Below the pieces are notes generated by a model that ran no database searches, was not told where the DNA came from, and saw only the letters and a list, made by a program, of their open reading frames with translations. The translations under genes were made by a program, and so were the position numbers. Below, one piece after another: positions 54,144-62,434 of a DNA stretch of 64,000 nucleotides. The DNA comes from Actinomycetes bacterium (GTDB taxonomy: Bacteria; Actinomycetota; Thermoleophilia; Gaiellales; F1-60-MAGs149), in the NCBI GenBank assembly GCA_025360225.1, contig JANYCN010000049.1:1555-65554 (forward strand), given 5' to 3'. The first letter of the stretch is position 1; each line of letters begins with the position of its first letter.

Positions 54144-55384
54144 CACAGGCTCCCTTCCGCGACCCTGGTGATCGCGTGGCCGACGGTGTTGGCGTACGCA
54201 CGGATCGCCAGCTCGAGGTGCTCGACCGGCGTGTCCTCCTCCTTGGCGTGGCTGATGCCCTTCGTCGAGGACGAGAACACCATCACCGTTGGCACGCGCC
54301 GCGCCATCTCGGCGGCGTCGTGCAGCGGCCCGGACGGCAGCGCGTGATCGCTGCCGGAGACCGCCAGGCAGGCATCCCGCGCCGCAGCGATCAGCTCGTC
54401 GTGAAACGGGATCGGCTCGATCCGCCAGATCGGCTCCCACGTCACGGTGCAGCCCTCCGCGGCGGCGGCCTCTGAGGCAGCGACCCGCGCGTCGGCAAGC
54501 ATCGCGGCGAGAACGTCAGCATCGAGGTGACGCTGGTCGAGCAGGACGGCGGCGACGCCGGCGATCGCGGTCACGACGCCCGGCGTGCAGGCCACGTCGC
54601 CGGTCGTGCAGACACCGCCGTGGCGAACGGCGATGTCGCGCAGCGTGAGAGCGAAGCGGGAGGCGGCGAGGAAGGCGTCACGGCGGTGCGCCATCGGCGT
54701 CGAGCCGGCGTGGGCGGCCTGGCCGCGGAACAGGACGCGGTTTCGCTCGACGCCGACGGTGCCGAGCACCGTGCCGACGGGCAGCGCAAGGCCCTCCAGC
54801 ACCGGCCCCTGCTCGATGTGCAGCTCGATGTAGGCACGCACGTCGGCGAGGCGCGACGTCGCGACGCTCGCTCGGTCGACGTCGACGCCGTGGCGTGCGA
54901 GGACGTCAGCGAGGCGCTCCCCGCCCGCGTCGCGCAGGTCGCGCACCGCCTCGGGATCGAGCGTGCCGCAGACGGCGGATGATCCGAGCAGCGAGCGGCC
55001 GAAGCGGGCGCCCTCCTCGTCAGCCCAGTCGACAAGGCTCACGGTGCAGGGAGGCGTCCCGTCCTCGGCGATCGTCCGCAGCGTCTCGAGCGCCCCCATC
55101 ACGCCGAGCGCGCCGTCGAGCCAGCCGCCGCTCGGCACCGAGTCGAGGTGTGACCCGATCACCACGGTCTCCGGCCGCTCGCCGTCGAGCCGCGCCCAGA
55201 GGTTGCCCGCCTCGTCAACGTCAACGACGACCGGGAGGTCGGCGAGGCGCTCCCGCAGCAGCCCGCGCGCCGCGACCCACTCCTCGCTCCAACACAGACG
55301 CCGCGCCCCGCCCTGACCGCCGGTCAGCTCAGCCAGCGCACGCAGGTCGGCGATCGCGCGGGCCGGCTGGCAGGCGATCTCCAT
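54143..55384 (-). CDS. M20-family N-carbamoyl-amino-acid / beta-ureidopropionase-type amidohydrolase
   Basis: Internal ATG 55384 (MEIACQPARAIADLRALAELTGG...). Reads VVIGSHLDSVPSGGWLDGALGV. ATGA overlap with preA. Confidence 0.85.
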   Translation of the reverse strand: MEIACQPARAIADLRALAELTGGQGGARRLCWSEEWVAARGLLRERLADLPVVVDVDEAGNLWARLDGERPETVVIGSHLDSVPSGGWLDGALGVMGALETLRTIAEDGTPPCTVSLVDWADEEGARFGRSLLGSSAVCGTLDPEAVRDLRDAGGERLADVLARHGVDVDRASVATSRLADVRAYIELHIEQGPVLEGLALPVGTVLGTVGVERNRVLFRGQAAHAGSTPMAHRRDAFLAASRFALTLRDIAVRHGGVCTTGDVACTPGVVTAIAGVAAVLLDQRHLDADVLAAMLADARVAASEAAAAEGCTVTWEPIWRIEPIPFHDELIAAARDACLAVSGSDHALPSGPLHDAAEMARRVPTVMVFSSSTKGISHAKEEDTPVEHLELAIRAYANTVGHAITRVAEGSL

Positions 55385-56661
55385 CAGGCTCGATCCTTCC
55401 ACGTGTTCCCCGACCCGACGGGACGGCCGGTGCGCGCGTCGATCACGCCAACGGCGAGCGGCTCCATCGTGATGCAGTCCGCGATCGGACAGACGAGCGC
55501 ACAGAGGTTGCAGCCGACGCACTCTGACTCGATCACCTCGAACCGTCGCACCCCATCGACCGCGCTCGTGATCGCCTGGTGAGAGGTGTCCTCGCAGGCG
55601 ATGTGGCAGCGCCCGCAGCTGATGCAGAGATCCTGGTTGATCCGGGCCTTCACCGCGTAGTCCAGGTTGAGCCGGTTCCAGTCGGTCACCTTCGGCGTGG
55701 CGAGACCGACCATCGCCGCAACTGAGCCGTACCGACGATCGTCGAGGAAGCCGGAGAGGCCGCTGATCATCTCCTCGACGATCCGGAAGCCGTACACCAT
55801 CGCCGCCGTGCACACCTGGACGGTGCCCGCGCCGAGCGCGATGAACTCCGCGGCGTCCCGCCAGCTCTCGATGCCGCCGATCGCGGAGATCGGCAGGCCA
55901 GCCGTCTCGGGTGAGCGGGCGATCTCGGCCGTCATGTGAAGCGCGATCGGACGCACCGCGGCGCCGCAGTAACCGCCGTGCGTGCCCAGCCCGTCAGTGT
56001 GCGGCGACGGCGCCATCGCGTCGAGGTCGACGCCCATGATCGAGTTGATCGTGTTGATCAGCGAGACGGCGTCCGCGCCTCCCCGTAACGCCGCCTCGGC
56101 TGGCTTGCGGATGTCCGTCACGTTCGGTGTCAGCTTCGCGATAACGGGTAGCCGCGTGTGCGTCTTGCACCAGCGCACCACCATCTCGACGTACTCCGGC
56201 ACCTGGCCGACCGCCGCCCCCATGCCGCGCTCCGACATCCCGTGCGGACAGCCGAAGTTGAGCTCGACGCCGTCCGCGCCGGTCTCCTCGACGAGCCGCA
56301 GGATCCCCGCCCAGCATGGCTCCTCGCACGGCACCATCAGCGACACGACGACCGCGCGATCGGGCCAACGAGCCTTCACGGCGCGGATCTCGTCGAGGTT
56401 GACCTGCAGCGGCCGGTCGGTGATCAGCTCGATGTTATTGAAGCCGATGACGCGCCGGTCAGATGCGTGGATCGCGCCGTAGCGGGGGCCGGACACGTTC
56501 ACGACGGGCGGGTCCTCACCGAGCGTCTTCCAGACGACACCACCCCAACCGGCCTGGAACGCCCGCTCGACGTTGTACGCCTTGTCGGTAGGCGGCGCCG
56601 ACGCGAGCCAGAACGGGTTCGGCGAGCGGATGCCGGCGAAGGTCGTCGCGAGGTCAGCCAC
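55384..56661 (-). CDS. preA: Dihydropyrimidine dehydrogenase subunit PreA (DHOD-like TIM barrel plus 2x[4Fe-4S])
   Basis: ADLATTFAGIRSPNPFWLASAPP..., C-terminal CISCGRCHIACED and CVGCNLCALVCP. GTG 56661 overlaps the preT stop (GTGGCTGA). Confidence 0.88.
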   Translation of the reverse strand: MADLATTFAGIRSPNPFWLASAPPTDKAYNVERAFQAGWGGVVWKTLGEDPPVVNVSGPRYGAIHASDRRVIGFNNIELITDRPLQVNLDEIRAVKARWPDRAVVVSLMVPCEEPCWAGILRLVEETGADGVELNFGCPHGMSERGMGAAVGQVPEYVEMVVRWCKTHTRLPVIAKLTPNVTDIRKPAEAALRGGADAVSLINTINSIMGVDLDAMAPSPHTDGLGTHGGYCGAAVRPIALHMTAEIARSPETAGLPISAIGGIESWRDAAEFIALGAGTVQVCTAAMVYGFRIVEEMISGLSGFLDDRRYGSVAAMVGLATPKVTDWNRLNLDYAVKARINQDLCISCGRCHIACEDTSHQAITSAVDGVRRFEVIESECVGCNLCALVCPIADCITMEPLAVGVIDARTGRPVGSGNTWKDRA

Positions 56662-57964
56662 CGGACGCCTCCCGCAACGCCCGATCGATCGAGGCAGCAG
56701 CACGCTTGCCGTCCTCGACGGCGGTGACGGTGAGGTCGTCGCCGCCGGCGACGCAGTCACCGCCAGCCCAGACGCCGGGACGCGACGTGCGCCGCTCCTC
56801 GTCGACGACGATCCGACCGCTCACGATCGCCAGCGGCGCCACCTCGTCGGCGACGATCGCCTGGCCGATCGCGCGAAAGAGCTGGTCACAGGGGAGCGTC
56901 AGGCGTTCGCCGGTGGCCGGCCGCTCCACCTCCAGCGCCACCACCCTCCCACCCTCGGCGATCACCCGTCGCGGCACAACGCCGGTGCGGATCAGCACGC
57001 CGTCGGTCTGCGCGAGACGCTGCTCGTACGGGCTCGCGCCCATCTGCGCCGCCGCACGCCGGTAGGCGATCGTGACCTCCTCGGCACCGAGGCGGCGTGC
57101 CTGGCTCGCGACGTCGATCGCGGTCATGCCGCCGCCGATCACGACGACGCGGCGTCCGATCGGGATCGCCGCGAGATCGCTCGCCTGTCGGATGTCGGCG
57201 ATCAACGAGACGCCATCGACGACCCCGTCGAGGGCATCCTCGATACCGAGACGGTTGACGGTGTCAAGCCCGACCGCGAGGAAGACCGCGTCGTGCGTGG
57301 CGGCAAGCTCGTCGATCGTCAGACCGGCTCCGAGCCGCCGGCCGTGCACGACGTTGATCCCGCCAACGCCGAGCACGAACGCGACCTCGCGTTGCGCAAA
57401 CCCGTCAACCGTCTTGTAGGCGGCGATGCCGTACTCGTTGAGCCCCCCGAGCTTGGGCCGCGCCTCGTAGATCGTGACGGCATGCCCGGCGACGGCAAGC
57501 GCGTGCGCGCAGGCGAGGCCGGCCGGGCCGGCGCCGACGACGGCGACCGAGCGGCCCGTCGACGGACCCTGCCGGTATGGCTGGATACCGCTCTCCATCA
57601 GCCTGTCGGTCGCGTGGCGCTGCAGGCGCCCGATCTCGATCGGCCTCTCCTCAGCCGCCCGCACGCAGGCCTGCTCGCAGAGCGTCTCGGTCGGACAGAC
57701 GCGGGCACACATGCCGCCGAGGATGTTGCTGTCGAGGATCGTCCGAGCCGCGCCCTCGACGTTCGCCGTGGCGATCTGTCGCACGAACAGCGGGATGTCG
57801 ATCGACGTCGGGCACGCCGTCACGCAGGGCGCGTCGAAGCAGAACAGGCAGCGCTCCGCGGCGATCCGCGCCTCGTTCGGCGCAAGCGGCGGACGGAGGT
57901 CAGCGAAGCCCGCCGCGAGAGCACCGGCAGCGAGCCGGCGAGACGCGATGTCGGGAGTCGCCAC
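56654..57964 (-). CDS. preT: Dihydropyrimidine dehydrogenase subunit PreT (GltD-like NAD(P)H oxidoreductase)
   Basis: CLFCFDAPCVTACPTSIDIP, VAVVGAGPAGLACAH, VVVIGGGMTAID. Confidence 0.88.
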   Translation of the reverse strand: MATPDIASRRLAAGALAAGFADLRPPLAPNEARIAAERCLFCFDAPCVTACPTSIDIPLFVRQIATANVEGAARTILDSNILGGMCARVCPTETLCEQACVRAAEERPIEIGRLQRHATDRLMESGIQPYRQGPSTGRSVAVVGAGPAGLACAHALAVAGHAVTIYEARPKLGGLNEYGIAAYKTVDGFAQREVAFVLGVGGINVVHGRRLGAGLTIDELAATHDAVFLAVGLDTVNRLGIEDALDGVVDGVSLIADIRQASDLAAIPIGRRVVVIGGGMTAIDVASQARRLGAEEVTIAYRRAAAQMGASPYEQRLAQTDGVLIRTGVVPRRVIAEGGRVVALEVERPATGERLTLPCDQLFRAIGQAIVADEVAPLAIVSGRIVVDEERRTSRPGVWAGGDCVAGGDDLTVTAVEDGKRAAASIDRALREASGG

Positions 57965-57967
57965 CGA

Positions 57968-58858
57968 TCAGCCCCCCTGAAACCCCGGCGTCGGCGGATC
58001 GTCGCCGGCCTGCTCGCGCAGGAAGCGCTGGATCTCGGAGGCGAGCTCGTCACCGCTCGGGATCCGCTCCTCCACCTCCTCGTGCTCCTCCTGCTCACCC
58101 ATCGACTCGAGGCGGTGCACCATCTCGCGCGTGTCCGAGTCGTTCGAGACGGCGGCGTCGTAGCCTGCGAGCTCGCGGCGCGACGTCTGCTCGAGGTCGG
58201 CGTCGGACAGGTCGATCTCGAGGTGCGTGCTGAGTCGTTCGAGGAGCGCAACGCTCGCCACCGCGTAGCCTGAACCAGCGTACGGCGGGACCTGCGCGAA
58301 GTACCCGACGGCTGGCGTGCCCGCCTCGACGACGGCCATCTCAAACGCCGACAGCGCTGCCGCCGGCACCCGTAGCACCCCGCTCGGCCCCCGAACCTCG
58401 CCGTGGCGGAGCAGGCCGTCACGAGAGGCGGTCGACATGATCGGCACCCGGCGGGTGTGCGCGACGGCGGCGGGCACCGCGCCGAGGCTGACCCACTGTG
58501 ACACGCCGAGGCGTCGCACGAGACCGACGATGTCGAGCGCGAGCGATTGCCAGCGCGCGTCGGGCTCCGCGCCGACCAGGAACAGCAGGTCGCGCCCGCC
58601 AATCCGCACGTGTCGTAGCACGAGCTCCGGCCAGGAAAGCCGTGTCAACGCACCGTCGACGACGTCGAGGACGGGGCGCCGGGAGCGATAGTCAAACACC
58701 GCGTCGCCGTCGAAGCGCACGATCACCGACCCGCGACGGGCAATTCGATCAGCGGCGCCAGACGCCGCACCGGCAGCGTCAACCCACCCGTCAAGCGCGG
58801 CGATCAGCACGGGGTCAGCCAGTTCCGGGATTTCCGTCTCAATCTGGTGTAGCGGCAC
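57968..58858 (-). CDS. PAC2 family protein, paralog 2
   Basis: DPVLIAALDGWVDAAGAAS..., RGPSGVL, acidic tail ending IPSGDELASEIQRFLREQ. Its stop is 3 nt from the preT start. Confidence 0.8.
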   Translation of the reverse strand: MPLHQIETEIPELADPVLIAALDGWVDAAGAASGAADRIARRGSVIVRFDGDAVFDYRSRRPVLDVVDGALTRLSWPELVLRHVRIGGRDLLFLVGAEPDARWQSLALDIVGLVRRLGVSQWVSLGAVPAAVAHTRRVPIMSTASRDGLLRHGEVRGPSGVLRVPAAALSAFEMAVVEAGTPAVGYFAQVPPYAGSGYAVASVALLERLSTHLEIDLSDADLEQTSRRELAGYDAAVSNDSDTREMVHRLESMGEQEEHEEVEERIPSGDELASEIQRFLREQAGDDPPTPGFQGG

Positions 58859-58973
58859 GGTCCGGTAAGGCTAGACGATCAGCGGGCGAACAGGCGGGCA
58901 GCCGACGCTCACCCGTCGGAGGCTCATCCGCGCTCGGCCCGCCGCCGATACGTGGTTGGAGGATTGAACGCTG

Positions 58974-59633
58974 ATGCTCGAGGATGGCCTGTCCCGGGTG
59001 GAGGAGGGCCCGCCGGCGCTAGAGGTGGGACAGACGATCGCGGTCGAGAACCCCCTCACGGGGCAGAGCTTTCGCGGTGCGGTCTTGTCGGCAACGGACG
59101 AGGCGCTCGTCATCCGCGTCCCCGACCCGGGACGTGAACGAGGTGGGTTTGGGCTACGCCGCCTCGACGACGAGGGAGCGGCGTGGTACGCCGAGACGGC
59201 GGGCGAGTACTCCCGTGCGGCAGAGACGCTGACGCTGCACGCGCCGGGGATGTGGGAGCTCGACGCGTCCCGTCGATCGGCACGCGTGCCGGCGGCGCGC
59301 CTGCCCGTGCACGTCGAGACGTTCCCGCCGAGCGTCGTCCGCCGCGAGCTGTCAGGGATCGACATCTCCGCGAGCGGCCTCGGCGCGACCGGGCGCGGAC
59401 AGGCGCTGTCGATCGGAACGCCGGTGCGCATCACCGTCCGCGATGGCTACGGAGCGGTCGGCTGGATCCACGCCGTGGTGGCGCGCACGGCACCACGGTC
59501 CTATGACCTGTTCGACGTCGGGCTGCGCTTCACCCCCGAGTCACCCGCCGAGCAGGAGCTCATCTTCCAGTGGCGGGACCGAGCCGCGCAGACCTCCGCG
59601 ACGGCTCCGGCAGCTACGAACCGGGCCGGCTAA
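58974..59633 (+). CDS. PilZ-domain protein (YcgR-like two-barrel layout)
   Basis: c-di-GMP-binding motifs RRSARV (RxxxR) and DISASG (DxSxxG) with the expected spacing. GGAGG RBS upstream. Confidence 0.8.
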   Translation: MLEDGLSRVEEGPPALEVGQTIAVENPLTGQSFRGAVLSATDEALVIRVPDPGRERGGFGLRRLDDEGAAWYAETAGEYSRAAETLTLHAPGMWELDASRRSARVPAARLPVHVETFPPSVVRRELSGIDISASGLGATGRGQALSIGTPVRITVRDGYGAVGWIHAVVARTAPRSYDLFDVGLRFTPESPAEQELIFQWRDRAAQTSATAPAATNRAG

Positions 59634-59692
59634 CCCCGCAACCAACGCGGAAGGCGAGCCATGCCCGGGACGGCGCCGGGCATACTGCGCGG

Positions 59693-62434
59693 GTGCGACC
59701 AGCGATTCGCCTCGCCCTGCTCGCCGTGCTTGCGGTGCTCGCCCTGCCGAGCGCTGGTTCGGCGTCGGAGCCACCCAACCACAACGACCCTTGCGCACAC
59801 ACGGGCCGCAACGTGTGCGCCACGGCCGGTGTTGGCTACTACAAGACGTACCGCTACGGCCTGCGCTGGTTCGGCGACTTCCGCGGTGTCGGGACGGCCG
59901 ACCGGCACCTGTACTGCATCGACCTGCGCTACTGGTATCCCGCCTCGTCGTTCCACTACACCGAGGCGACGGGCGGTGTGCTGCGCAACCGCGACGGGAA
60001 GGTCGTGTCGCTCGCGGCGCAGGCGCAGATCTCGTACGCGATCTTCACCTACGGCCAGACGACGAACGCCGACCAGGCGGCAGCGGTGATGCTGTACGTG
60101 CACGCGATGATCGGCGACGGACGCCCCGGCGAGACCGACCCGACCGGCCTGGGCCCGCGGGTGACACGGTTGTACCGCCGCATCGCTCGCGATGCGGCGC
60201 GCCTGCGCGGACCGTACACCGTGCGCACGCACGTGACCGGAGGCGGCGTCGTCGGAGGAACGGGCGACGTCCAGGTCGAGGTGATCTCCGCGACTGGCGC
60301 CCGCGTTCCCGGCGTGACGATCGCGATCGCCTCTCAGGGCGCGTCGGGCGTGCCGACGTCGGTACGCACCGACGCACGTGGCCTCGGTCACGTGCCGTTC
60401 CGGTTGACGACGACTGGCGGCTTCCACCTGACGTTGCGCACTGCGCGGCTCGCCGCTCCCCAGCCGCGGATCCTCGCACCGTCGACGAACGCCGCCGTTG
60501 CAAACGCCCAGCGTCTTGCGGCGCCGGACGGCGCACAGGCAGCGGCTGACGTGCGCGTCGGTGCCGCCCCCGCCCAGATCCAAGCGATGACCTCCGCCAC
60601 GCCGAGCTCGCTGCAGGTAGGCGGAACGAGCACGGAGCACGTGACGATCACCGGCGCCCTGCCGACGTGGAGCGCCACCGTCAGCGCACGACTGTACGGG
60701 CCATTCGCGACGCAGGACGCGCTCGACTGCTCCGGTACGCCGTTCGCTCAGGTCTCCTTCCCGGCGACCGGAGCACAGACCGCCTACGACGCACCCGCCG
60801 TTACCGTCACGACCCCGGGCTGGTACACGTGGATCGACGAGGTTCCCGGCGACGCGAACGATACGGGTCTGACGACCGACTGCAAGGTCCCGGCGGAGAG
60901 CTTCCACGTCGACGTCACGCCGGCGCTATCAACGACGGTGAGCGCCCCGCGGGTCGCGCCAGGGGCGGCGATCCATGACACCATCGTCGTCAGCGGCCTT
61001 GCCGGGCTGTCGGCGACGGTGCACGCGGCGCTGTATGGGCCGTTCTCGTCGCCTGCGACGATCGCGTGTGACGGCACCCCGGCATGGCAGGGAAGCGTCA
61101 GCGCCACCGGTGACGGGACGTACCAGACGGAGACCTACCCGCTGACCGTTGCCGGGTACTACACGTACCGCGAGTGGATCGAGGCGAGCGGCCTCGTGCA
61201 CGCCGCGCAGACGACCTGCGGCGACGTCGCCGAGACGGTCGTCGCCGTGGCGCACGCGGCGATCTCGACGCAGGTGAGCGCCGCGCAGGCCGCGCCCGGA
61301 ACGCCGCTGACGGACGCTGTCCAGATCGGCGCGCTCGGCGCGATCAGCGTCCAGGTCACCGTCGACCTCTACGGCCCGTACGCGTCTGCCGCCGCCGTCG
61401 ACTGCTCGGGGACGCCGGCCTCGACGAGCACGATCGCCGCCCTGCACGACGGCACGTACGTGTCGACGGCGACGCGCCCGCTGGTCGCCGGCTACTACGC
61501 GTTCCGCGAGTCGGTCGCGCAAGGACCGGCGAACGATGCGGTGCAGACGCCGTGCGCGGAGCCCGGCGAGACGGCGTACATCCACGCGTCGCCGACGATC
61601 AGCACGACGGCGAGCCCGGACGTCGTGCGGGTCGGTGCTGCCGTCAGCGACGACATCCTCGTGCGCGGCCTCGGACGGACGCCGGCGACGATCGACGTGG
61701 CCCTCTACGGGCCGTTCGCTGCCCGCGCGGCGATCGACTGCACCGGCACCCCGGTGTTCGCGCGCACGATCGCCGTCACCGGCGACGGACTCGTGCACTC
61801 GCCCTCAGCCCGCGTGGCGCACATCGGCTTCTACGCGTGGACGGAGCACCTGCGGGGAACCGCTTTGGTGAGCGACACGACGACGACCTGCGGCCTCGTC
61901 GACGAGACGACGTTCGGTGTCGCGGGCATCTCCACCGGACGTGGCGACGTCGCGATCGAGACGCGAGCGCGCCATCGCAGCTCGATGGAGCCCGTGCGCG
62001 TTCGGATCGCCCGGCCAGGCGTCGACGCCCCGGTCGTGCCGGTCGGGCTCGACATGGCCCACGGTCTGCTCGGTGTGCCGTCGAACGTGCGGCGAACCGG
62101 CTGGTGGACGGACGGCGCGCTCCCGGGATCGAGATCCGGGGCGATCCTGATCGGCGGCCACGTCGACAGCGCCGCCGCCGGGCCCGGCGCTTTCGCCCCG
62201 CTCTCCTACGCGCGCAGCGGCGACATCGTCCAGGTCACGACGGCGTCCGGGAGGGTGCTGCGCTACCGCGTCACGAGCGTGCGATCCTACCCGAAACCGA
62301 AGCTGCCGACGAGCGTCTGGTCGCTCCGAGGCCCGGCCCGTCTGGTCCTCGTAACGTGCGGTGGACGGTTCGATACGACGACGCATCACTACCTCGATAA
62401 CATCGTGGTGACGGCGGTGCCCATCACTCGATGA
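59693..62434 (+). CDS. Secreted multidomain protein: signal peptide/anchor, thioester-domain-like head, four Ig-like repeats, C-terminal class F sortase catalytic domain
   Basis: GTG 59693 within track ORF 59570..62434. VRPAIRLALLAVLAVLALPSAGSA; HLYCIDLRYWYP; four repeats with LYGP[FY]..[DA]C.GTP; C-terminal 149 aa RIARPGVDAPVVPVGLD...GWWTDGALPG...ILIGGHVD...LVLVTCGGRFD. Confidence 0.8.
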   Translation: MRPAIRLALLAVLAVLALPSAGSASEPPNHNDPCAHTGRNVCATAGVGYYKTYRYGLRWFGDFRGVGTADRHLYCIDLRYWYPASSFHYTEATGGVLRNRDGKVVSLAAQAQISYAIFTYGQTTNADQAAAVMLYVHAMIGDGRPGETDPTGLGPRVTRLYRRIARDAARLRGPYTVRTHVTGGGVVGGTGDVQVEVISATGARVPGVTIAIASQGASGVPTSVRTDARGLGHVPFRLTTTGGFHLTLRTARLAAPQPRILAPSTNAAVANAQRLAAPDGAQAAADVRVGAAPAQIQAMTSATPSSLQVGGTSTEHVTITGALPTWSATVSARLYGPFATQDALDCSGTPFAQVSFPATGAQTAYDAPAVTVTTPGWYTWIDEVPGDANDTGLTTDCKVPAESFHVDVTPALSTTVSAPRVAPGAAIHDTIVVSGLAGLSATVHAALYGPFSSPATIACDGTPAWQGSVSATGDGTYQTETYPLTVAGYYTYREWIEASGLVHAAQTTCGDVAETVVAVAHAAISTQVSAAQAAPGTPLTDAVQIGALGAISVQVTVDLYGPYASAAAVDCSGTPASTSTIAALHDGTYVSTATRPLVAGYYAFRESVAQGPANDAVQTPCAEPGETAYIHASPTISTTASPDVVRVGAAVSDDILVRGLGRTPATIDVALYGPFAARAAIDCTGTPVFARTIAVTGDGLVHSPSARVAHIGFYAWTEHLRGTALVSDTTTTCGLVDETTFGVAGISTGRGDVAIETRARHRSSMEPVRVRIARPGVDAPVVPVGLDMAHGLLGVPSNVRRTGWWTDGALPGSRSGAILIGGHVDSAAAGPGAFAPLSYARSGDIVQVTTASGRVLRYRVTSVRSYPKPKLPTSVWSLRGPARLVLVTCGGRFDTTTHHYLDNIVVTAVPITR

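Noticed and set aside
61940-61948. RGD tripeptide (GISTGRGDVAIE) between the Ig-like repeats and the sortase domain
   Set aside because: Three residues occur easily by chance, and there is no eukaryotic-host context.
61985-62434. Internal ATG 61985 as the start of an independent sortase gene
   Set aside because: There is no upstream stop, no RBS-like sequence before it, and no signal peptide or TM of its own. The reading frame is continuous with the upstream repeats.
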